Of a DNA stretch of 64,000 bases, positions 24,447 to 36,513 are shown one piece after another. A program made the translations under genes and the position numbers. The notes below the pieces were generated by a model. That model was not told the DNA's origin. It did not search any database and saw only the letters and a program-made list of their open reading frames with translations. The number at the start of each line of letters is the position of its first letter. Position 1 is the first letter of the stretch. The stretch is from Squalus acanthias (Eukaryota): the NCBI GenBank assembly GCA_030390025.1, contig CM059432.1, forward strand, positions 86,120,001 through 86,184,000, in the 5' to 3' direction.

Positions 24447-27148
24447 AGATGTTTTATAAATACATAAAGACCAAGAGGATAACTAAAGAAAGAGTAGGGC
24501 CTATTAGAGACCAAAAAGGTAACCTGTGTGTGGAGGCGGAAGACATGGATATGGTTCTTAATGAATACTTTGTGCCTGTCTTCACAAAAGAGAGGGACGA
24601 TGCAGACATTGTAGTTAAGGAGGAGGAGTGTGAAATATTAGATGAGATAAACATAGTGAGAGAGGAAGTATTAAGGGGCTTAGCATCTTTGAAAGTAGAT
24701 AAATCACCAGGCCCGGATGAAATGTATCCCAGACTGTTAAGAGAAGCAAGGGAGGAAATAACGGAAGCTCTGGCCATCATTTTTCAATCCTCTCTGGTTC
24801 CAGGTGTGGTGCCGGAGGACTGGAGGACTAACATTGTACCGTTCTTTAAAAAGGGAGAAAGGGATAGACCGAGTAATTACAGGCCAGTCAGCCTAACCTC
24901 GGTGGTGAGCAAATTGTTGAAAAAAATTCTGAGGGACAGTATTAATCGTCATTTAGAAAGGCACGGATTAATCAAGGACAGTCAGCATGGATCTTTTAAG
25001 GGAAGGTTGTGTCTGACTAACTTGACTTAATTTTTTGAGGAGGTAACAAGAAGGGTTGATGAGGGTAGTGCGTTTGATGTAGTCTACATGGATTTTAGCA
25101 AGGCTTTTGACAAGGTCCCACATGGCAGACTGGTCAGAAAATTAAAAGCCCATGGGATCCAAGGGAGAGTGGCAAGTTGGATCCAAAACCGGCTCAGTGG
25201 CAGGAAGCAAAGGGTAATGGTCGACAGATGTTTTTGTGACTGGAAAGGTGTTTCCAGTGGGGTTCCACAGGGTTCAGTACTAGGTCCCTTGCTTTTTGTG
25301 GTAAACAACAATGATTTAGACTTCAATGTAGGGGGCGTGATTAAGAAGTTTGCAGATGATACAAAAATTGGCCATGTGGTTGATAGGAAGAAAGCTGTAG
25401 ACTGCAAGAAGATATCAATGGACTGGTCAGGTGGGCAGAAAAGTGGCAAATGAAATTCAATCCGGAGAAGTGTGCAGTAATGCATTTGGGGAGGGCTAAC
25501 AAGGCAAGGGAATACACAGTTAATGGTAGGATACTGAGAAGTGTAGAGAAACAGAGGGACCTTGAGTGCATGTCCACAGATCCCTAAAGGTAGCAGGACA
25601 GGTAGATAAGGTAGTTAAGAAGGCAAACGGGATGCTTTCCTTTATTAGCCCAGGCATAGAGCAGGGAGGTTTTGCTTGAACTGTATAAAACACTAGTTAG
25701 GCCACAGCTAGAGTACTGTGTACAGTTCTGGTCACCACATTACAAGATGTGATTGCACTAGAGAGGGTACAGAGGAGGTTTACAAGGATGTTGCCAGGAC
25801 TGGAAAATTTTACCTATGAGGAAAGATTGGATAGGCTGTTTTCCTTGGAACAGAGGAGGCTGAGGGGAGACTTGATTGAGGTGTATAAAATTATGAGGGG
25901 CCTAGGTAGAGTGGATAGGAAGGACCTATTTCCCCTAGCAGAGAGATCAAAAACCAAGTGGCATAGATTTAAAGTATTTAAAGAGGCTTCAAGGCGATTT
26001 AGACAAGTTGAGTGAGTGGGCAAATACATGGCAGATGCAGTATAACGTGGATAAATGTGAAGTTATCCACTTCGGTAGGAAAAACAGAAAGGTAGATTAT
26101 TATTTAAATGGTGATAGATTGGGAAATGCTGATGTACAAATGGACCTGGGTGTCCTTGTACACCAGTCACTGAAAGCAAACATACAGGTGCAGCAAGCAG
26201 TTAGGAAGGCAAATGGTATGTTGGCCTTCATTGCAAAAGGATTTGAGTACAGGAGCAAGGATGTCTTACTACAGTTGTACAGGGACTTGGTGAGACCACA
26301 CCTGGAGTACTGTGTGCAGTTTTGTTCTCCTTACCTAAGAAAGGATATACTTGCCATAGAGGGAGTGCAGCGAAGGTTCACCAGACTGATTCCTGGGATG
26401 GCAGGACTGCCGTATGAGGAGAGATTGGGTCGACTAGGCCTGTATTCACTAGAGTTTAGAAGAATGAGAGGGGATCTCATTGAAACGTATAAAATTCTGA
26501 CAGGGCTAGACAGACTAGATGCAGGGAGGATGTTTCCCCTGGCTAGGGGGTCTAGAACGAGGGGTCACAGTCTCAGGATACGGGGTAGGATATTTAGGAC
26601 TGAGGTGAGGAGAAATTTCTTCACTCAGAGGGTGGTGAACCTGTGGAATTCTCTACCACAGAAGGCTGTGGAGGCCAAGTCACTGAATATATTTAAGAAG
26701 GAGATAGATAGATTTCTAGACACAAAAGGCATCAAGAGGTATGGGGAAAGAACGGGAATATGGTATTGAGATAGAGGATCAGCCATGATCATATTGAATG
26801 GCGGAGCAGGCTCGAAGGGCCAAATGGCCTACTCCTGCTCATATTTTTCTATGTTCTATGTTCTTCTAAAGTAATTGGTAGAAGAATTAGAGGGGAGTTG
26901 AGGAGAACTTTTCTCACCCAGAGGGTGGTGGGGGTCTGGAACTCGCTGCCTGAAAGGGTGGTAGAGGCAGAAATGCTCATCACATTTAAAAAGTACTTGG
27001 ATATGCACTTGAAGTGCCGTAACCTACAAGGCTACGGACCAAGAGCTGGAAAGTGGGATTAGGCTGGATAGCTCTTTTTTGACCAGCACAGACACGATGG
27101 GTCGAATGGCCTCCTTTTGCGCTGTAAATTTCGATGAATTCTATGATG
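24447..27148 (+). mobile_element. CR1 LINE, split by a younger CR1
   Basis: RT motifs ([27 protein letters not shown]); resumes at 26867; tail ttcgatgaattctatga. Confidence 0.9.
25977..26866 (+). mobile_element. Younger CR1 3' fragment nested in CR1
   Basis: Open 253-aa ORF2 C-terminus; flanked by 7-bp direct repeat TAAAGTA (25970-25976, 26867-26873). Confidence 0.92.
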
Positions 27149-28445
27149 ACATAAGGACAGTAATGAGAAAGGATCTTGGCTCGGAAGATCAGGAAGTAGA
27201 ATCAGTATGGGTGGAACTACAAAATAACAAAGGGCAGAAAACACTGGTGGGAGTAGTTTATACGCCCCCTATCAGTAGCTATACCAGTGGACAGAGTATT
27301 AATCAACAAATAATAGGAGCTTGTAACAAAGGTAATCCAATAATTGTGGGGGACTTTAACCTTCATATAGCCTGGGCAAATCAAATTGGCAAAGGTAATC
27401 TGGAGGACAAGTTCATGGAATGCATTTGAGACAGGTTTGTATAATAATACGTCATGGAACCAACCAGGGAACAGGCTATTTTAGATCTTGTATTGTGTAA
27501 TGAGAAAAGGTTAATTAGTAATCTCATAGTAAAGCCTCCTCTGGGGAAGAGAAATCATAATATGATAGAATTTCACTGGGTTTGAGAGTAAAATAAAGTC
27601 CGAAACTAGTCTTAAACTTAAATAAAGCCAATAACATAGGTATGAGGGGAGAGTTGGCTAAGGTACATTCCATTGAAAAATAAAGACTCCATGGGAAAAT
27701 TGATCCATCCGTGGCCAACTAAAGAAGTTAAGGATAGTATTAGATTCAAAGAGGCTTATAATGTTACAAAGAATGGTAGTAAGCCTGAGGATTAGGAGAG
27801 CTTTATAACCCCAGCAAAGGATGACCAAAAGAATTGATAAAAAGGGAAAAAATAGAATAGGATAGTAAACTAGCAAGATTAATAAAAACAGATTGTAAGA
27901 GCTTCTACAAGTATGTAAAAAGGAAGAGAGTAGCAAAAGTAAGCATTGGTCCCTTAAAGGCTGAGACAGGAGAAATTATAATATGGAATAGGAAATGGCA
28001 GAGACTTTAAACAAATATTTTGTATCTGTCTTCACAGTGAAAGACACAAAAAGCATACCAAACATTGTGGGGAACCAAGGGGCTAATGAGAGTGACACCT
28101 GGAAGGACAAGATCAGCAGATGCATGGGAACACCATCGCCTCCAAGTTTCCCTCCAAGTCACACACAATCCCAACTTGGGCATATATCGCTGTTCCTTCA
28201 TCATCGCTGGATCAAAATTCTAGAACTCCATACCTAACAGCATTGTAATTAAGATCAGTAGACAAAAAGTACTTGAGAAACTAATGGGACTAAAAGCTGA
28301 CAAATCCCCTGGACCTGATGCCTCCATCCTAGGAAAGAAAAAGAGGTGGCTGCAGAGATAGTGGATGCATTGGTTGTGATCTTTCAAAATTCTCTAGATT
28401 CGAGGGGCCATATGGCCTACTCCTGCATCTATTTCTTATGTTCTT
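27149..28445 (+). mobile_element. CR1 fragment: endonuclease/tether joined directly to 3' tail
   Basis: APE motifs ESVWVEL..VGDFNL..ILDLVL; after DALVVIFQNSLDS jumps to 3'UTR at ~28401. Confidence 0.8.
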
Positions 28446-29732
28446 AAGCAGAAGAGGAAGACGCAGAAGAGGAGGAAGTGGAAGGAAGGATGCAACCCAG
28501 ACAGCCCCGTTCTGGCTGGCATATCCGGGATCGAATCATCCACCTGCGGTTTACAAAGCAAATTTTCCAATTCAACTTTATCCATATATGTATCCAATAC
28601 TACATCAAAAAATTAACTAATCATCCTTGTGCATTCCCTTAGTGACTATCTTGTGTGTGCCTTTGCCTAACCTAGTGATGTCACGCAGTGCTACCACAGT
28701 GGCTGCAGCATGGCTGGTGGAAGGCGGCTGACTTTCAGTGGGGGACACTGAAGATGGCCTTGCAGGATGACCTCGAGGAGCTGGTGGCTGGGAGTTTGAA
28801 ATCAAGTGATGGTGTTTGTTGTTCTTCTTCTTCACTCTCCTCTCCCTCTACTTGGTCAACCACTGGCTGGGCAGGCTGGATTTCTTGGGTGTCTGAAATT
28901 AGGAAGGCACAAGGGTAGGGTGTGGTTGAGGGGAGGACAGGAAAGCAAGAGCTGCATGCTTACACCATGCTCAGCTTGTACATCAGAAGATATTGCGGAA
29001 GTGGGATGTGAAAAGGAGAGTAACATTTGAGGATACCGGCATCCTGTATTCTTTCAGCCCTGCCATTGGCCAAGGACTCAGCCATGCCCCTGCCAAGAAT
29101 GGCCAGCACCGTCTCCTCCAAGGGGGTGAGGTGAAGCTCGGAATGGGAGGGTGTGCCTCATGTTTGGTAGACGTTGTTGGTAGGTGAGTGATTGGTGGGG
29201 GGCAGTCGTGCATTGAGCAGTGTGTGAGGCTAGTGGTGCAGTTGGTAGGAGATGGCTGTTGAAGATGCCTTCAGTGACCTTGACCACTAGTCTGAGGTCA
29301 TGAAACATCTTTAGGCACTGGAGCCAGGGCCTGGGGCCTGGGGGGGCGACACTCTAGGCCTAGGTGTCTACGTACACAAATCGCTAAAAGCTAATGGACA
29401 GGTACAAAAAGCAATCAAAAAGAGTAATTGAATACTGGCCTTTATCTCTAGGGAATTGGAATACAAAAATGAGAAAGTTAAGCTACAGCTGTACAGAGCC
29501 TTGGTCAGAGCCCATTTGGAGAACTGTGTTCAGTTTTGGGCACTGCACCTCATGAAAGGTATATTGGCCTTGGAGGGGGTAAAGCGCAGATTCATCAGAA
29601 TGATACTACGACTTAAAGGATTAAATTATGAGGATAAGTTACATAAACTTGCTTTGTATTTCCTTGCATTTAGAAGGTTGACGGGTGATCTAATCGAGGT
29701 CTTTAAAATGATAAAGGGATTTAATAGGGTAG

Positions 29733-30028
29733 CTCCCAAACCCATGACCTCTAACACCTGGAAGGACAAGATCAGCAGATGCATGGGAACACCATCGCCT
29801 CCAAGTTTCCCTCCAAGTCACACACAATCCCGACTTGGGCATATATCGCTGTTCCTTCATCATCGCTGGATCAAAATTCTAGAACTCCCTACCTAACAGC
29901 ATTGTAGGAGTATCTTCATCGCGTGGACTGCAGCAATTCAAGATGTTCCACCGCTACCTTTTCAAGGACAACTAGGGATGGGCAATAAGTGTGCCCATGT
30001 CCCGAGAATGAATAAATAATTTAAAAAA
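29733..30028 (+). mobile_element. Jockey/CR1-group LINE 3' end
   Basis: Matches 41602-41915(-); ends gggatgggcaataag..A-rich tail. Confidence 0.8.
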
Positions 30029-32329
30029 TACAGAGAAATTATCTCTGGTGGAAGAATCCAGGAAAAAGGGGCATAATTTTAAAATTAGAGTTAGGCCATT
30101 CAGGAGTGTAATCAGGAAGCATTCTTTCCACACAGAAGGAAGTGGAAATCTGGAATACTTTCCTCAAAGAGCTGTGGATGCTGGTTCAATTGAAATATCA
30201 AGATGGATGGAGAGCGATAGATTTTTGTTAGGTTAGGGTATTACATAGGATATACGGCACAGAAACAGGCCATTTGGCCCAACCAGTCCATGAAGGGATA
30301 TGGAGCAAAGGCGGGTAAATGGAGTTAAGATACAGATCAACCATGATCTAATTGAATGGCAGAACAGGCTTGTGGGGCTAAATAGCCTACTCCTGTTCCG
30401 GTGTATTGAATGGAGTGCCCATGTTGGGATCCCTGCTGTTTATAATCTACATAAATGATCTGAATTCAGAAACACAAAGCAAGTTAGTCAAATTTACAGA
30501 TGATACTAAACTGAGGGAACACAGTACAGTCTGACAAAGCAGTAAAGGAACTACAAAAGGACCTAGACAATATTTGCAAGTGGGCAGAACTATGGCAGAT
30601 GAAATTCAATACAAATAAGTACAAGGGGACAACATAAATAGCATCGAAGTAGCAAGGGAAGAAGCTAAAAGAGACTAAAAACTGACCATTTCCAGTCATT
30701 GCAGAGCAGCAATTAACAAAGCAAGCAGATTTCTGAGCTATATTACCAAATCAGTAGGGTATAGGGGCAATACTGGCATTGCACAGGTGCTGGACCGTGG
30801 GTTATTTCTCCTGCTCTTAGGTTTCCCTGCATCATGTATCATTTATTGTCTGACAGGAAAGGCTTGTAGGTACTATGCTCCTAACTCTTTGTAAAGGCTC
30901 CTCTGGAGCCAGTTCCTACAAGATGTGTGAGAGTATAGGGAAACCTGTCTTCAACTAATTCAACATGAAAGCACAAAGAGACAAAAAGACAACATTTACA
31001 TGCTAAACATGTACAATGTTATAACCTTAATTTTCACACAGTCTACAACAGTATGAAAATATACAGGAGTAAAATTATGGAAATTCAATTTAGTAATTAG
31101 AGTAAAGTTTCACCTTATTAAAGTTGTTAGTAATTTTCTGTCTAAATGCATATTATAGGTGTCCAAAGTATTACAACTAATCATACCACAACTTGTGTAC
31201 TTGAATTTGAAATGGCTATTTTTTTATTATGAGACAAAACAAAAAACTTGCTAGCACACAAGTCAAGTTACCCCCATTGCCAGATTTGCAATACCAAAGT
31301 AATTACAATCATTTAGTTTGTAACCAGTAGGCAGAAAATAGACATTAATAGGCATAAACAGCAATATGCAATATATAGGTACTCATTCAGTTGTCCATTA
31401 GGACTAATCATCTTTCACTACATAATGCTGCCAATGCAGCATCTGATTAATCCATTCACAGTCATAAATTTCCTTAATTCACTTTAAGATTGTTTGGATA
31501 CTGTTTCATTGATACTTGGTTTTAAATTTAGCCAGTGCTTTTTTTCTTTTTGAACCCACCATGGTATACATCCCAGCCGAGATGACAGTAGACAGACAAT
31601 TTGTCAACAAGGCCCTTATCAATGTGACAATGGAGATTGATTGGAAGACAATTGCTGAAGGTGAATTAACTTCACAGCCCTCATAAAAGCTCTTGCTTCC
31701 GCATCTACAAAGATGGCTTGCACTATTAGAACAAGTATACATTGTGATAAAGTGTTCAAGGCACTTCTGGTAACATCATGACCTAAGGAGTTGATTGATG
31801 CCAAGAACTCCAGACCCAATGCCAGTTTCTGCTAGAGAGTACCTCCACAGAGGTAAGAAAACAGCAGAAACAATGAAGACTCAACCTTCCACAAGCCATG
31901 CCATATAAGAAAATTAAGAAATAGGCAGCTGTCTCAAATGCAGAATGGTGACCCCAAGCAATTCTCCCCCTTTGCTATATGCCCAAAGTCAGTACAAGCT
32001 TCCAGTTCTTGAACTCAACCACCAAGGATCCCAGCTGCGCACCCAGGAAAGCCTTCTGATCCATGCAAACTGGTAGGATCAGTAATTGCTATAATAACTG
32101 ACCTGCCAGCTTTTTATATATCAGGCTGGCTGTGTGAACTATTTAAAGAATCCCCAGCAATGTCAGCAGGAGCACTGATGGAAGTGCAAATCCCGCCTGC
32201 TGCCCACCCACTGCAGCTTGACCTGATGTTATTGCTCTAGTTGAAAACAGAAGACTCCCAGCTACAGAAGCGAGTGATAGTGCTGAAAGGCACTAACCTC
32301 TCAGAATTCTGCCAACACCTTCAGCAACT

Positions 32330-34200
32330 CTTTCCCAATGTTGACCTACTTTCTGACTAGACCACCAGAAACACTGATATTACTCCCTTCATCCAGAGAA
32401 GACAGGAACAGTAGTACTGCTCCCATCTTCAGCAACGCAACCACTCAGGGAGAAGAGAGAGATGGAGCAGCACAAGAAACAGCAGAGTCTGCACTCCAGC
32501 CACAGGACAGAACCCATGACACCCACAATGGATCACCTACATCTAAGAGCAGAAATGTAACGACTTCATGAAAACATTCAATTCACCATTCAAACAATGC
32601 TCATGAAGCTCCTCGACCTGCATAATGTAAACTCCCAGGCAGAGCACCGGATAAAGGAACTAGAGACCCAGATCCTTGAAGGAAATGAGAAGGTAATGGT
32701 ATTGCAGGACCAAGTGATTCACTTACTAGAGAAAGAACATGAAATAGCCACAAAGGTAGGGGACCACAACAAGCAGAGGTGCCACAATAATATCTGGATC
32801 TTCGATATCTTTGAAGGTCTGCAGAGAAAGAGACCAATCGTCTTCATCCAGGAAACTCTCAGATCTCCCCTAAACCTTGGCAACAGGTTGCTTCTAGAAT
32901 ATGCCCACAGAATTGTAGCCCTCATGCTCATGGACTTGCAATGCCTTAGGATTTTATAATAGGATTTCTCAACTTTCAGACAAAGGGCACACTCTGCTTC
33001 CAAAACTGAGCATCTCAATCTTTGCATACCTGTCCTGAGCTACTACAGAAACATAAGGCCTTCGATAGTATCAAACATACCTTCTGCAACTAAGGCATCA
33101 AATATAGGATGACTTACCCCACCAAGCTCCAAATTCTGACAAAGGATGCTCCATGCTCTCTCTGAACATCCCTGACGTGGCACATGGCTTCCTACAAAGC
33201 AGAGACATACCCCTCTCTCCACCTAGGAAACCCCTACCTCCCCACACTGCAACCTTATGACAATAGCCTCTGAGAAAATGGATGAAAACCCAGGACCCCT
33301 CACAAGGACCATGAAACCCACACCCACCATGATTAGCCCAATGCAGAGACTCCAGCACTTGTACAAGCACCCACCACACACCCAAGAAGTCTATCCACTG
33401 AAGGCCACCACAACTGACAGGAGAGAACATTTTACTGAAGTTCATGAGAATAATGCAGGAGACTAGCAGACAACCATGGTTGGACCAAAAAAAGGAAAAC
33501 CAAATCTAAATTCCGGACAATGTACTCAAGGGAATGTATGACTCCTGTGGATCTGTCTTATTCGTCTGCAGCTTATCAAGTAGGAGGGAGAGCTCGGCCA
33601 TCCCAACATTCGGCACTAATGTTGGGCAACCCAACCTTGGGTAATTATGACCTGGAACCAGGCCTGTCCCCAAAACCCATGGCTGAGCATGGTGACCATG
33701 GATTCCCAGCCAACCCACTTACACAGTTTACCCTTCAGAAACACCAAAAAGTGTCAAGAGAGACCCGGCAACACATGGGAATAAAGATAATACTATCAGT
33801 CTGGACCAAGGTTTCCATCTCCCTGAAAATCCATCAGGGCCTGTCAGCACTTCCCCCAACCTGGCAAAATGAAGAACTCCCAGATGCATTTACCGCAGGT
33901 CGATTTGAAACCTGGCATGAAAAAGGCATCATCAAACTAGTTCAGCTCGTCAACAAAGGCCAGATTACTCCTTTCCAACAATTGGCAAACAAAATCCACC
34001 TCATCCAGCAAGACCTTTGCCACTACCTTCAAATTGAACATTTCCTCAAAGATCCAACCACGCTTGAGAAACGCCCAACAGCAGCGGACCCCCACCCCTA
34101 CACCAGAACTGTACCTCCATTCCCTGACAAATCCGTGCAAATATATATTCCCCCTCTGTACCAAGATTGATTCCAGATCAAAAAAACATTAGAAAAGCCC
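32330..34200 (+). mobile_element. Highly degraded L1-clade LINE (ORF1 and ORF2 C-terminal remnants)
   Basis: Coiled coil + NNIWIFDIFEG..EYAHR (L1 ORF1-like); FETWHEKGI..FQQL..YLQIEHF (fish L1 ORF2 C-terminus-like); RT core missing; boundaries approximate. Confidence 0.65.
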
Positions 34201-34268
34201 CAATTTTCCAATTTTGGGAAGCTACACATGTCTGTAGTCTCCATGACAGCCACTTAGGAGGCAAATCT

Positions 34269-36097
34269 GGCCCAATTTTCTGATTTAGGCCCCTCCTCTT
34301 AACTTGAATAGGTTCCGTGACCATAGAAAACATGTGCAGAGAATCAAGCCTATAAGCTAGATGCCTGCCAATCATGAAAATTGAGCTAACAGGGCTGCTG
34401 CTTGGTGTTAAAGTGGAGTTATGGAGTGTAATAGTGGGGTAATTTTCTAACTTCACGCTTCTGGTGGGAAGTCTCCTCTATTTAAAGTACATATTAAAAA
34501 TTTCTGTGCATATTGCACACTATTTTCCAGCCAATATTTTAAATGGTATGAAAATTGTGCATAGCATGCTAGATTTCCAATAGGCAGACTTAGTGCAAAG
34601 CCATGAGTGCAAAGTTGGAAAATTACTGGAGCAGCATATGGCCTGTAATATGTCTGCAATGATGTCAGTGAGGAAGTCGCTAGCATTTATCAATAGTCAG
34701 GAAGGAGATGCAATGAAGGAGGGTGGCCCTCTTCAGTGTGGAGGACCACCCATTTGAGGGAATTCTTGATGGGCAACATCAGCTAGGGCTGTAAATGGGA
34801 GCCCAGGCCTTCTATAAGCCATCCATTCATTGTGAAGCCCCTGAAATAAATTACAACACAGCAGACTGCTATGGAATGAAAGTGTCACGGGTGCTCCTGA
34901 GGAAACAGGCATTGAGCTGTAGGATAATGCTTGTATAGCCACTAATCACCTGCACATTTATGGAGTGGAACCTCTTCCGGTTTATGTAAATTTTGAAGTT
35001 CATATGTGATAGCCACATGGGTATCATTAATGATGTCCTGCACATATGGAAACCCTGACAGTTAGAATAGTTCTGTATCATTTCTAGTTGCTTTCCACTG
35101 GGAAAATTATGAAGGCGTTTCCCTGTTAAACATAACGTCTATCACTTCTTTCACACATCTATAAACAACAGACTGGCTGATTTGGCTGCAGTGGCCTGAA
35201 AGGACCCTGCAACATAAAATGCTAATGCCGTTGTCACCTTCAGATCTTGAGGTCTGAGGATCAACATGCACTAGGTGGCATAGCTTGATTAGTGCCTCTC
35301 TGGTGTAGATATCTGCAGGTATGATTGGTGTTTACTTGGCTCCTGGACTGTCTCTGAATTTAAAGAAGGTGTGCCCATAAGAATTTGTCCTCCTCATCCA
35401 GGTCATACAGTGCGATTGGAATACCAAAAGGGATTCCAATCCTCCCACCATGCTTATACACCTTGTACAGCAGAAGTAATGGCCAAGACTGCAGGCAATT
35501 GTCTTTTGCAAAAATGTAGGCTGCAGCAAAAACGACCAAAAACGGAGAAATATGCACAATGTAGCCAAACAGAATGTTCAGCAATCAAATGGTCAATCAC
35601 AATCCTACAATAACCTAGCTTTAAGAAAACTTATAAAGCAGGTCAGGCCAGTTCCCTACAGATTCAGCCATTTTATGTGGGCAAGGAGATCACTGTGGTA
35701 GGGTTGCCAACCCTCCAGGATTGTCCTGGAGTTTTCAGGAATTAAACATTAATCTCTTGGACGCTGCTGTGATCAACCTGGAAGAAAAATTATATGGTAT
35801 TTAAAGAATTGTGTGTTTTTTAAATTTTCTTTGAACACTTTCATCGATTAGTTATAAAAAAATATTGGATATGGGAGAAAAGGCTGTTTAACTTGGAAGG
35901 TGCGAGGTCATGTGATGAAACCTCCAGGAATACGTACAACCAAAGTTGGCCACCCTACACAGTGGGCAGGACCTCACTCAACCACAGGAGATTCAGCACA
36001 GGATCAAATTTAAATAATTTAAATATGCTAATGGTAGTTTCACAAGCCTGCAGCGAGAATGGCACATGCAGCAAATTGCCCATTGGAAAATTGAGCA
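34269..36097 (-). mobile_element. Old Harbinger element with transposase remnant
   Basis: YINRKRFHSINVQVI..LNACFLRSTRDTFI and VTTALAFYVAGSFQA remnants at ~34870-35240; termini GGCCCAATTTTC / GAAAATTGAGCA approximate. Confidence 0.65.
35699..35957. mobile_element. hAT MITE, same family as 13203-13472, opposite orientation
   Basis: TIRs TAGGGTTGCCAAC / GTTGGCCACCCTA; TSD CACTGTGG/CACAGTGG. Confidence 0.88.
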
Positions 36098-36513
36098 AGA
36101 TTGGAGGCCTGATTTTTTCACGCACGCATACCAGTTGCCAGGCTTTGCATCTCAATCGGCACTAAAAAGCCTTAAAGAAGCCTTCAATGAAACCTAGATT
36201 GCCAAACAACAGAGGAAGAATGTGGAAGAAAACCCTCACAACTATAAGCTGCAGCAAAATGCTTAAAGGCCAGTTCATGATAATACATCGAGCATAGCCC
36301 AACCCATACTTGGCCCACAAACTCCACCCCTACATAGGGCTGATGTTAGAGAGCTTATAGCCAGAGGGGTATACAGCTGCACACATTCTAGTTCTGTCCT
36401 CTCATTCACTCTTTCTGGGCAACAATCCAGGAGGCCAGAGAGCATGACAAGTCTCACAATCTTTGCAGATGTAAGCCTATAACTGCTGGCCTCCCTTCTC
36501 CTCACAAAACACA

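Larger units (their letters stand above)
23202..29360. mobile_element. Harbinger derivative (family A), interrupted by CR1 stack 24447-28445
   Basis: Termini GGCCGGGAAATTCC..CTAGGCC, flanks TAT/TAG; 24145-24446 and 28446-29330 homologous to 36810-38090. Confidence 0.75.
22790..30400 (+). mobile_element. Old CR1 LINE, outermost host of a nested stack (pieces 22790-23201, 29361-29732, 30029-30400)
   Basis: RT remnant breaks at ..gaagcattaggatt and resumes taggtgtctacgtacacaaatcgc (RDLGVxVH motif); later LYRALVRAHLENCVQFW and 3'UTR. Confidence 0.75.
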
